Part shown: positions 13,466 to 25,266 of the stretch, one piece after another
Layout of the letters: every line of letters starts with the position of its first letter
Position numbering within the stretch: position 1 is the first letter of the stretch
Assembly (NCBI GenBank): GCA_028023455.1
Contig: JAQFVV010000009.1
Span: forward strand, 10,168,001 to 10,232,000
Reading direction: 5' to 3'
Source: Epiperipatus broadwayi
Taxonomy: Eukaryota; Animalia; Onychophora
DNA length: 64,000 nucleotides
Position numbers and translations under genes: made by a program
The notes under the pieces: model-generated
Told to the model about the DNA's origin: nothing
Seen by the model: only the letters and a program-made list of their open reading frames with translations
Database searches by the model: none

Positions 13466-14028
13466 ATAATCAGTATGCTAATAGCTCTAAGCTTTTCCAA
13501 TAAATGCCAAAGAGAAAGCATTTAAAATCTCTATCTAGAATTATCACTATCTCCAAACTGGTTTTGAGCTGATGGCTCTCATCAATGAGGCACTAGGATA
13601 TTCAGACACTAGATCTAAAGTACCAACCCAAGCACAGCATTTATCTAATATTTAACTTTAGACATCTATGTGTTTTCAAATCCAGCTATCTAACTTATAT
13701 AGCCATATAGGACTGCTTTGGCGATATTATATTGCTAAAGCTATTAATATATGGTGTATCTGAATTTAATTCAGTCTCATATGGCTAAGTTATTGCTGGA
13801 TTTGAAGACATATAGATAAATGAAGTTTTCAGATTTTCTACTTAATAGTTAAGTCTTAAATAAATGCCATACTTGAGTTGGTATTTTAGATCTAATGTGT
13901 CACTGAGGAGAATCATCAGCTCGAAATCAATTTGGAGGATAGGGATAATTCTAGATAGACATTTTAAATGCTTTCTTTTCTAGCATTTATCAGAAAAGTT
14001 TGTTTAGTGCTATTAGAATGCTCATTAT
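13466..14028. mobile_element. Foldback/MITE-like element with ~250-bp imperfect terminal inverted repeats
   Basis: 13466-13710 is the reverse complement of about 13770-14028 (e.g. AAAGCATTTAAAATCTCTATCTAGAATTATC vs GATAATTCTAGATAGACATTTTAAATGCTTT). Confidence 0.8.
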
Positions 14029-14062
14029 ATATATATATAGTAGATTAAAGGTTATGCTATGA

Positions 14063-14093
<31 letters not shown>

Positions 14094-14135
14094 TATAGTA
14101 AATGAAAAAAAAAACTAATACGAGAAACTTTAAGT

Positions 14136-17100
14136 TTTTATGTTCTGGCTGAAAAATTCACACCACTAATGTATAAAAGTAAATACAATTTTATGAATTT
14201 ATGTATATAATTAGTCAAAAATAGAAGACATTGAAGGCACTCTAGAAAAATTAATTATACATAATAACAAAGATTATGTTACTATGAAAGTTATATCAAG
14301 TATGCTAATTTGCAAAGATGAAAATGTGAAAATCAGTTATGCAAATTAGAAAAGCAAAACAAAACTGCCAAATCATATGTTTATGTGTGAATTGTAGAGC
14401 ATACATCAGAAGTGTACAAACTAATGTGCAGGCAATGGTGCATCAAAATACAGTTAAAAACGAATAGTTATCAGTTCTAAGTATAAGCAAAGTTAGGCAT
14501 GTACAGTATTATAGTTTAATACTATAAAACTTGCATGTACTGATTACTGCAGAGAAATGTACAAGTTAGTATCATAGTAGGTGAATGCAAGAAAACTTTC
14601 TATTTTTATCAGCTAGTTAATAAAGTTAGAATAACCAGTGAGCCATTAGTTAATGTTACTAATATTTACTTATACATTTAATTTAAAGGAAATAAACTTT
14701 TTTGTTAAATTTAAATTTGATTTATGTATTTCTTTTCTTATACCATATACTCCTTAATTCACATCTTACAATGCAATTTTAACATATGATTTATAAATCA
14801 TATGTTAAAATTGCATTGTAAAGTGTGAATTAAGGAGTACATGGTATATATATAATTTATCAATGCAAATAAGGAGAAGTGGAAAGAAATTTATTTCTTT
14901 TCTTAATTGTTACTAATCTGTATGTCACTGGCTTATGCTATTTTAGCTCCAGCAGTTGAGACTCTGGCATATTATTATAAACTACTAAGAAAAAGCATAG
15001 ACAGACAACATGCTAATGCATAGTAGTACAATAACTCCATTTGATTTAAATAATACATTAGAATGGCAAATGTATGTGGCACATGTTGAAAGGAATATGA
15101 TAATAAATAATGTTGTGGATATTAAACTAAAACTTACAACTTTAATGTGGTTGTCAGAAAAGATTATGCTCCAAATAGCTAATTGTCTGTGACCTAAAGT
15201 CACCTAAAGATACAACTTATGAATTGTTACAAAAGTTAGATGTACACTTTAAACCAAAGTCTTCAAAATACATAGCCTGTCTTCACTTCTGAAACAGTCT
15301 GCAGTCACCAAAAGAAAATATTCATGAGTATAATATAGAACTGCATGAGTTACTAAAGGAATGTGAGTTTAAAGATGAGCTTGAAAATGTTTTTAAATCA
15401 ATTTCTATGGAATATGTGTGACACAAGCTTAAACAAATATTATTGTGTTTGCACTTACATGAAACTGTTGCTATAGAAAGAGCAATAGTGTACAAAGCTG
15501 TTCTTCAAAATGCATCAGAATTTAAAAATATGACAGATGTTATTCAATCAAATATGATCAGAAAATAAGACACAAGCACAGACAACTAAGAATGTTTACA
15601 TTTGCTATTTCTGTGGTACTAAAGGCCACACAAAATAAATATATACATCTAGATACAAAAACTATGATAATTGTGGATTAAAAGGGCATTTGTTTAAAGT
15701 TTGTAAAAACAAACAGAAAATATTTAAGTATATTTATCAGGGAAGAACTGATAAGTGTTTAGTGAATTTTAACAAAATTTAAAAAAAATAATGATAAATC
15801 TGTGATCAAATTGTCTGAATAGAAATTGATAATGGTTCAGATATGTCTTTTATTGCTGAAAAGGATTAAATCAACATTAAAGGAAAATAGGAAAAATAAT
15901 ATACCAATCAATAAGATGAACTTGGTTGCTGTGGATATGAATGGAAATCACATTGCTATTAAAGGGATAGTTACAGTGCTGATAAAAGTAAGTATATCGA
16001 TGAAAAAATTACCACTTTATATTGTACCTAAGGCTGTAAACTCTTTATTATCCTTGACTGGTTTAAGCCTCTGGAAATTAGGATTAAAATTATCAAGAGA
16101 GTACAATTAGAAACTGAAGTGTGAAATAAATTTCCTAATTTTCATTGCATAGCTAGTTGTATATAGACCAAGAAAAGTTCTATTCACTCTCAAACATGAA
16201 GTTGAAGCAGCACTGAATGATCTAGTCAATAAAGGCATAATTTCACTAATGGAAGAATCAGCATGGGCAATACAATATCCATAGTTGTTCTAAAACCTGA
16301 TATGTGATTATGTGATGACTATCACATAATAGTAAATAAGAACATAAATAAAGAAGTTTATCCAGAACCAAGCATCAGAGAAATATCTCTACAGAAAGCT
16401 TCATATTTTGATAAAATGGATCTGCAGTTTGTGGATCATCCAATCCTGGTTACTTCTAGAACAGCAATGGAAATTTAAACATACATATGAGTTTTTTAAG
16501 TTTAATAAATTGCTTTATGGAATAACCATAATGCATAACATTTTCTAGGCTAAAATGAAAAATTTATTGAGAAAAAATAGATACATGATATTTAGATGAC
16601 ATTTTAATGGTTATAGAAACAAATACTTTTAGAACAGCCATGCAAATTTAAACATACACATGAGTTTTTTTAATAAATTGCTTTATGGAATAACTGTAAT
16701 GCGTAATATTTTCTAGGCTAAAATGAAAAATTTATTGAGAAAAAATAGAGATCACAAGATATTTAGATGACATTTTAATGGTTACAGAAACAAAAAATGA
16801 GTTAAGAAAATGTGTGAAATTTGAAACTAGACTTAATGCCTCAAAATGCTTATGGAAATTTCTCAAACATATCATATTGGATAAGAGCAAATATGCCAAC
16901 ACAAGGTTACAGCAGTAAAGAATGCTGTGATGTTAGAGATTTGTAAGTCTTTTTGTATCTACTAATTTTTTAAAAGCTTCCTAAAGTGAAAATCTCATAT
17001 GACTACTCAACTTTATGAATTATTAAAAAAAAAATCCAAGATGGAAGTGGAAATCTCAGCAGGGAATTGCTTTGAAAAAAGTTAAAAGTGCACTATTGTG

Positions 17101-19237
17101 GAGACCAAAAGATTATTACTATGGGTGCTTTAGAATTTGAAGTTGGTGTTATGATGTCTCACAAAAGTATATGGAAGTAAACACCTTATAATGTACACAT
17201 TCAGAACACTCTGCTTCTGAGAAATATTATAGTAATTAGATAAAGAGGCATTAGCAAAGACATTCTATTACCACATTTATGGAAATTTATTTAATATTTT
17301 TTAAGGGTCAAAGACTCCTATTGGGGATATTTGAAAAGAATAAAAAGACTCCAGATCATTCTAGCCAATATATGTTACATTGGACTAATATCTTCACTTC
17401 CTATAATTTTGAATCATTATACCAGCAAGGAAATTAAATTATGTATGCAAATGTTCTTTCTTGAATACCAAATATATACACTCATGAAACACATATTATT
17501 ACTGAAATCAATTACATTGGTGCTCTAAAATCTGAAATGGTAAACAGTAAAGTTATAATCAAATGGACAATGAATGATGCTGGATAACAGTTAGTTAAGA
17601 AATGAATAAAGCATGATTGGCTTAGAATTTGACCTAACCATGTAGTTCTGCAAATTTGGAATAACTATGAAAGTTTATCTATGTGCAATGAAAGTATACT
17701 CATGGCTGACCAAGTTTTAATTCCAACTCAAGGGATTAAATGCATATTAAAACTACCATATAAGGAACACCCTGGAATAATCCACATAAAGGAATATTTT
17801 CATTCTTTTAGTGGTCAAAAATGAGCTGTATTGAGAAGGTTATTAAAATATGCATAGCTTGCCAATCAACAGTGAGGTTATCTGCAAATCTACCATAGCA
17901 AAGGATTCATCTGGCCCATGCAGGACCATTTTATGGATATATATTTTTAGCTATAATTGATTTGTACTCAAATAAATGGCATGCTGGATGATCAAAAATA
18001 TGACTGAGAAAATATAATAAAAGTTTTGAATAAACTCTTAGTGACACATGAATACCTAGAAGGAATAGTCACTGCAAGTTTTGGATTATTGCAGCTGAAA
18101 GATTTTCTAGCTAACAAGAGGATATAGTATTTACTAACATCTCTTTATCACCATGAATCCAATGGATTAGTGGAAAAGGCTGTTCAAAGTATACATTTAA
18201 TGAGACGGAATATTCTGAGATTCCTGAAGTATTCATAGCAGCAATTTTCTATCAGAATTTCATACCAAACTCAGTGATTCAGAGAAACTCCTGCAGAGCT
18301 ATTGTTGAAAGATCATTACAGGCACACAAATCTCTATATTGATACTGGATGATATTAAAAGAAGAGAGATGAAATGTAAAAACATTAATTTCAATACTGG
18401 AGAAACTATCTTGTTAAAAAAATGGCAACATGGAATAATAACCAAATTAATATCTAAGCAATAAAACATAATTGAAATGGAATTTAAGGTTTTGTGTTAG
18501 TCAGATTTTAGAATTAATAAAAAAAACAGCAAGTTCATGTACTGCTGATGTTGTTATCTTATAAATAATAGTAAAGAAATTAGAATGGATGCATTGACTA
18601 AAACCAAACTAAGTGAAGAAGATTCTTCAAGTTCAAATTTACTGGATCTACTGCAAATGTAAATAAGAGTCAATTTATTGAAGAAGATAGACCCATATTT
18701 CATTGAAAAGAGCAAGACAGCTGTGAAAGCCTGACAAGCTGTAAGATTATGCTTGTTATTGAACTTTATTTTGTTTCTGAGTGAGTAGAGGAAATGTTAT
18801 GTTCTGACTAAAAAATTTTCATCACTAATGTATAAAAGTAAATAAAATTTTATGAGTATTTGTGTATATAATTAATCAAGATTAGATGACATTGAAAGCA
18901 CTGCAGAAAAATTAGTTATGTATAATAGTAAAGATTATGCTAATATGAAAATGATATCAAGTATGCTAATTTACAAAAAAGAAATGTGAGACTCATTTGT
19001 GCAAATTAGAAATGTGAAACAAAACTGCCAAATTGTACATATGTGTTTAAATAGTGGGACATACATTGGAAATGCTTAAAGTGACATGCAGTTAATGATG
19101 CATTAGAATGCAAAGTTAAAAATGAAAAATTATTAGTTCTGGGTATAATTGCAATTAAGTTTATACATTATAGTTCAATTCTATGAAACTGGCATATATA
19201 GACTATTACAAAAAAATACAATGTAGTACTATAGTAA
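14136..19237 (+). mobile_element. Decayed Gypsy/Ty3 LTR retrotransposon (Mag/K02A2.6-like) with gag, protease, RT, RNase H and integrase remnants
   Basis: Direct repeats at ~14136-14580 and 18795-19237 (TGTTCTGGCTGAAAAATT vs TGTTCTGACTAAAAAATT), with a purine tract before 18795. Frameshifted motifs include ELLKECEFKDEL (gag), IVVLKPD and CDDY (RT), KEHPGIIHIK, IHLAHAGPF and HHESNGLVEKAVQ (integrase). Confidence 0.88.
14739..14848. repeat. 110-bp loop-less palindrome (55-bp arms, 3 mismatches)
   Basis: TATACCATATACTCCTTAATTCACATCTTACAATGCAATTTTAACATATGATTTA|TAAATCATATGTTAAAATTGCATTGTAAAGTGTGAATTAAGGAGTACATGGTATA, centred between 14793 and 14794. Confidence 0.95.
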
Positions 19238-19579
19238 AGAAGCTTGCTGATAACTGAAAGGAGACTCTTTGATTCTTCTTGGATGCCTTAAAAGAACTGA
19301 GCAGGGCAAATTCTTAATGTTCACTTCATACATTCTTGTTGTTGCAGCTGCTATTACTATGTGATTATTCATATAGTATATGACAAACATGAATGGGCTA
19401 CTTACCAACACACATTAATCATGTAATGAGTTTTTGGCTTTTTTACCTCTTAGTTTATAATCAAGAAACACCGTGGCCATTCTACTCAGTTACCCAATAA
19501 AGATAAGTTTTTTGGCTTTTTTACCTCTGAGTTTAAGTTCAAGAAATACCGTGGCCATTCTACTCAGTTACCTGATAAG

Positions 19580-22220
19580 GAAGAATGAATGTGTGTGTAA
19601 ATGAAACATTTTTTTCTAATAGATTTATACAATTATGACAGACAAAAATAAATCATGGTCCTTATTTCCAGAAGTCACCAGCCAAGACAGTGGTTAGTGG
19701 TCAAGGGCAGAGGTTGCTAAGTATTTGATGATAACTTTTTATTTAGGTATTTACAATTGCAGATCATTTTCAAGTGAAGGAAAGTTGCAAGAATTGAAAG
19801 AACTGTTTTATATTAAATGGGACTTTATTGGACTTTGTGAAGTTAGAAGAAAAGTTGAAGAGACTGGATTTAAAAAGTGGACCTGTATTCTACTACAAGG
19901 CACAAGTATTGGAAATAGAAGTAGGATTCATTATAAATAAAAAGTGGAAAAACAACATTGTGGAGATCGATGGTATATTGGACAGAGTGACAAGATTCAT
20001 TATTCAACTTAATAGCAGATAGAAAATGCAGATAATTCAGTTTTAGGCCCTTACTAGTTCTCATAGTGATGATGTAGTAGAAGATTTTTTATATGGATGT
20101 ATGAATGGCTTTTGATTAGAATAAAGAGCATTTTGAAATTGTTATGGGAGACTTTAATGCTAGAATTGGTAAACAAATGAAAGATAAGTGTTGTAGGTAA
20201 ATTTGGTTATAGTAACAGAAATGAGAGAGGACATAGACTTGTGGAATTTTTAGAAAAAGAAAAACTTAACATTATGATTTTTTTTTTTTGAAAAAAAGCT
20301 AAATGGAAATGGACACGTTAAGCATTCAAATGAAAGTATATCAGAATTGGATTATACTGTACATACAAAAAATACATTTTTCAAGATTGTGATGTCCTTA
20401 ATAAATTCAACACAGAAAATTATCATCGATTAATAAGGTGTAAGATACATGTTAATACAAAATTAGAGAAACAAAAATTATTAAGAAATACAATATTTGC
20501 AATTGATATTCCTAATCTTCAGAAACATTCTAATAAATTTAAATTAGGATTTGCAAATCGTTGGCAAGTAATAGTATTTTGAAACTAATTCAAATTTGAA
20601 TGAAATTAATAGGAAAATAATTGCACTTTTAAAAATTGCAACAAAGGTAGCTGGTAGAAAAAAGCAGCAATTGACCAATAAAATTTCTACTGAGACTAGA
20701 GAATTTATGAAGATATATAAAAATGATGCATTAAAAAAAAATTGAATATCTCCAAATTTTGTAAAATGGTGCAAAAAAAAAAAGAGTTGATAATGATATA
20801 AGAAAGTATAATTGTGAACTAGCAAGGAAAACTGTAGAAGAGAATAAGTTTCAAGAGTGTAAAACAATATTTTGGTACTGGTAGAAAACTTACATCTGCA
20901 ATAAGAAAAAAAGATTGAATTATTACTAAAAAGAGAGATGACATGAAATGCATAGAAGAGTTCTATCAAGAATTATATAGTAAAAAAGAACAAGTACCTC
21001 CTACATCTATTATATCTTCTGAATTGCTCATGATTTTAAATGAAAAAATGAGACATGCAATTAAATTTATACAAAAAGAAAAAGTCCAGGTAATGATGGA
21101 ATTATAATCAATATATTAAAAGAAGCAGGTGAAGAAATGAGAATTTTTTTGGCAAAGATATACCAAATGTCTAAATGATAAAGACATACCAGATGATTGG
21201 TAGAATACATTATTAATATTAATATTTAAAAAAGGTGATAAAGAAGATATTAGAAATTACAAATCTATCAGTTTTATATATAATTTTTACCAGCATGTTT
21301 ACAACTCGTCTATAGAGGACATTGGATTTTTCAACCAACCAAAAGAATAAGCTGGATTTAAAAGTAGTTTTAGTACAGTAGGTCATATTTATATATTGAG
21401 AGATGTTATAGAAAGGATCAATGAATATGCAGTGTATGATTTGGATTTGTAGATTATGAAAAGGCAATTGATTCTTTAAGCATTCTTCAGTGATTAAAGC
21501 ATTGGAAAATCAAGGTATAGACTCGGGATATTGTTATATTCTGAAGAATATTTATAAAAATGCAACAGCAACAATTAGATTATATAATGACATTAGGAAG
21601 GGTATCTCGAAAACTTTTTACAGCAGTGCTACAAGAAATATATTGTGGATTAAAATGTTAGCTAAAAGAGTAAAAGTAAATGGAGATTATTTAAGTCATT
21701 TAGATTTTGAAGATGTAGTTATGCTTCAGTGCTTCAGAGAATGTTGCAAGAGTTATCAGATCAAAGTAAGAAAATAAGACTAAAGATAAATATTAAAAAG
21801 ACTAATATAGTTAATATTCAATGGATTTTCTCAACAGATGAAAATAAAGATTGATTATGGTGAGTTAGAAGAAGTTAGCAACAACAAATACCTTGGTCAG
21901 ATTATTACTACAGATGAAAACATGGTGGATGAAATTTATCATAGAATTAAACTTGGTTGGAGTTCTTTTGGTAAAGGAAATATGCCTATGTGTTTGAAAA
22001 GGAAGATATTTAATAAATGTGTTCTACTAGTTCTTACTTATGGATTTGAGACTTGGACACTTAATAGAAGAATGCAGAGACTTCAGACCACCCAAAGAAG
22101 TATGGAGAGATGCATGTTAGAAGTAATAACAAAAAGATATTACTGACATTATTGAAAATATTAAATTCCTAAGTGGAGTTGGGCTGGACTTAATGCTAGA
22201 AGAGAAGATAATAGATGCAA
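19580..22220 (+). mobile_element. Decayed RTE-clade LINE (APE endonuclease plus RT), near full length, copy 1
   Basis: ORF fragments GIYNCRSFSSEGKLQEL and WDFIGLCEVRR (APE), YLSHLDFEDVV (RT), and YLGQII, LTYGFETWTL and RLQTTQRSMERCML (C-terminal region). Colinear with 59.9-63.2 kb, including the 5' UTR. Confidence 0.88.
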
Positions 22221-23273
22221 GTCAGAGTAATCAATAAATTACTGAGTGACATTATTGTATGGAGGATTTTTCCTGTTTTAAATGCAGATAGTGCTGTTGA
22301 ATTTTTCTAGCATTGGATTGTATTCATTTATTATATTTTTGAGTTTCATTTAGCATTATGGAAGTCTTTATTTATTCACATATATATCTGTATATATCAG
22401 TGATGAATTATTTAAAAAAAAAACACTTTTATGTAATGATTTCTGTGCAATGTATGCTCTTCAAATAATGGCACTGAGGAGATAGAAGATGACATTGTTT
22501 GGATTTTTTAATATCAAAAAAGTTTAATTTTTAATATATTTTATTCAAAAAGTTATGAGGCTACATAACATATTAAGATGAAATTTTATCTATTTAAAAA
22601 AAAAAAACTAAATATATAATTATATATAAGTTTGTGCTTTGAATATCATATATTTATATATATATTGTAATGGTATACATATATGCCGTTACATCGCTCT
22701 CAAATGAAAATATATAAAAAAGATCAATAAATAAAATTTATTTAAATTGCTATAAAAATGCATAGATATATAAAATGCACACATGGTAAACTGATTAAAT
22801 AATTATTTAAAGTTAAAAGTGATAAGGAAAAGATAAAAATCTAAAAACAAAGATTATTTTAAGGAAGGTAAAAAAATAATGAAAACTATAATTTATTTTC
22901 TTTTTTAAAGTTATTTTTTAAACTTTGGTAGGATGGAAATGAATTTCTATTGAAATGTAATGGCAAACAGAGCTATGGGACATTTAACAGATTGTAAGTC
23001 AGATAAGATAAATTAAAATTAGTAGTGATAAGAAAATATTGGTGTTTTCCACTTAAAGGAAATTAACCAATAAAAATGCTTATGAACACACAGTCCAGAG
23101 AGAAAAATCATCATTACCAATAAAAAACATGCTAAGTTATGTGAGATCAATCCTGGGCTTTGGTGATAAGAGATACAAAATAATATGAAATGGAGAATTA
23201 AATTAATTTTATTTGGATTATTTGACTAAAAGTATTTTTTGTATTTGTATTGAAGATCTCCACAATGTAGGAG

Positions 23274-23474
23274 TCATGCAATAGACTTCATTTCCTCAAT
23301 GCATTGATTGAGGCAGCGTCCAGTATAGCAGTTGTCGAAGAGTAACAAAAATGGATTTGTCTCCAGAAGAAAAGATCTACTAATTGATAATGGAAAAATC
23401 ATTGAACTGGATGTGTAGCACATCAATACCATGAAAATACCTTTCAATAAATCTGCAACAGTCTGGAAGATTTC
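23274..23474 (-). CDS. Candidate (terminal?) exon of an unidentified gene
   Basis: Strong acceptor CTTCTCTTTTATTTCAG ending at 23475 and locally raised GC. Phase 0 is open for 66 aa (EIFQTVADLLKGIFMVLMCY...) and phase 1 for 31 aa (GNLPDCCRFIERYFHGIDVLHIQFNDFSIIN*). Confidence 0.35.
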   Translation of the reverse strand, partial: EIFQTVADLLKGIFMVLMCYTSSSMIFPLSISRSFLLETNPFLLLFDNCYTGRCLNQCIEEMKSIA

Positions 23475-24616
23475 CTGAAATAAAAGAGAAGTATGAACTT
23501 TAAAATGAGATTTGATCTTTTAATTATTTAACTTGAGAAAATATGAAATTTCAATTATTAAATCTCAACATTATTTCTCCTAAAGGAAATCTTTTATCTG
23601 ACAAACTAAATTCTAAATTATTTATTAAACATTTTAAGTATAAAATGTTTACCATTCTCATTTCCATCCTCTTGTAATTAAATTAATAAATTTAAAGTTA
23701 GGTGTAAGTGACTACATAGACTCATTAAGATAATGTTGGTTTAAATAGGGTTAATTTTGGCTAATTGTTTCATAGTTGAATCAATGCTGGTGGGTGGATG
23801 TATGGATGTTTATATCAATGTAATCTGGGGAGACACATTGGATTCTCATTCACTAAGTCACATTAGCATACATGGTAGATCACCCAGTTGAATGCATGGC
23901 CTAAAAATAGTAGCCATCGTGTTGCCAATGATTGTACATATTCCTACACCATTGATTTCTTATGCACAGAATAGGGACTATAAGTCAGCAATGGACCGCT
24001 CTCCCCCACTCCAATATGGAACCTTTCTTTTCCACATATAGTCATGTGATCCTTTGTCAGATGTACATTCCTGTATTGGTGAAAATCATCATGTTTCTTC
24101 TAATAAAATGATATAGATGTAAATTCCTATAATTATGATTTTTGTCATGCTAACATTCTCATTTTGCATTGATCTCATCAGTATATCAGTAAACTAGCAT
24201 TGGTTTAGATGCGAACTCTTGCCCTGGAGTTAAAAGATTTGAGTTTTTTAAAATGCATGTTCTATGCAGTATATTTGTGTTTAACAAAATATGAAAATAA
24301 CATTAAAATATATAAAATTTTATTCATCTATGCATTTTAGATAAATATAAATTAAGTCTATTCAATAATAAATGTTAAAGATTTAAATCTTCCAATTTGT
24401 TTTGATATTGTATTTGCGTAATAAATGTTTTGTCTCATTAGTTCTGGCAGTGATTGGTTTTATTATCATTATTAATTCTATAAATGATTGAAAAGTTTAA
24501 ATTTGAAATATTATACTATAAAGTTCAGTTTCTTCATGAGCTTGCAACTAGGACTATCGGTTAAATAAAAATCGAACCTCACCCAGAGTGTCTGCCTACT
24601 TTATAAATTTTTCTAG

Positions 24617-24640
24617 ATTCAAATAGCTTAGTGGCACCTG
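24617..24640 (+). CDS. Candidate 24-nt symmetric micro-exon (DSNSLVAP)
   Basis: AAATTTTTCTAG|ATTCAAATAGCTTAGTGGCACCTG|GTAAGG. Phase 1-1, compatible with the candidate exon at 27878. Confidence 0.22.
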
Positions 24641-24873
24641 GTAAGGACAGTAGGGGTAGAGAGGGCACTGGCTGTTACAATATATATAGATAAGCTTTAA
24701 ATTAAACATAACTCAATGTATATGTAAACAAAGAAAGAAAATCATCCTCCCCCAGGATATGACCTAAAAGCACTAAATATTGATAAAAAAAAATCAACTA
24801 TTTATAGATTGAACCCATCTATTCTTGTTAGTTTTGATGTTTGTAAGCATACCATTGTTGGTAATTCAGAGTG

Positions 24874-25266
24874 AAATTAATTTATCAACCAGATGGAATA
24901 TGGAACTTAAGAGTTATTAAACTCATAATTAATTATACAAGGCACGAGACAGCATCTCACTTTTAACACCTTGACAAAAGTATGCTTATAAACATCAGAG
25001 CTACTAAGAATAGGTGGATTCATTCTACTGTTGATTTCTTTGTTCAACATTTAGAGTGCTTTCAAGTCGTAGCCTGGAGAAGTGTGATTTACTCTCTTTG
25101 TTTACATATCATTGATCTGTGTTTAATTTAAAATTTACATATTAATCTTGTTTGATTATTACAATTAAGGTGCTAAAAGTTTGATGCTGTTTCCAGCCTT
25201 GGATAATTAATTATGAGTTTGATAGCACCTAAGTGCCATATTCCATCTGGTTGATAAATAAATTTT
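24874..25266. mobile_element. MITE-like element with ~110-bp terminal inverted repeats
   Basis: TTTATCAACCAGATGGAATATGGAACTTAAG (24881) vs CCTAAGTGCCATATTCCATCTGGTTGATAAA (25228). Confidence 0.8.

Noticed and set aside
19425-19575. Direct repeats that could be read as a CRISPR-like array
   Set aside because: Only two adjacent ~75-bp copies with no unique spacers, in a eukaryotic context with no cas genes; this is a simple tandem duplication.
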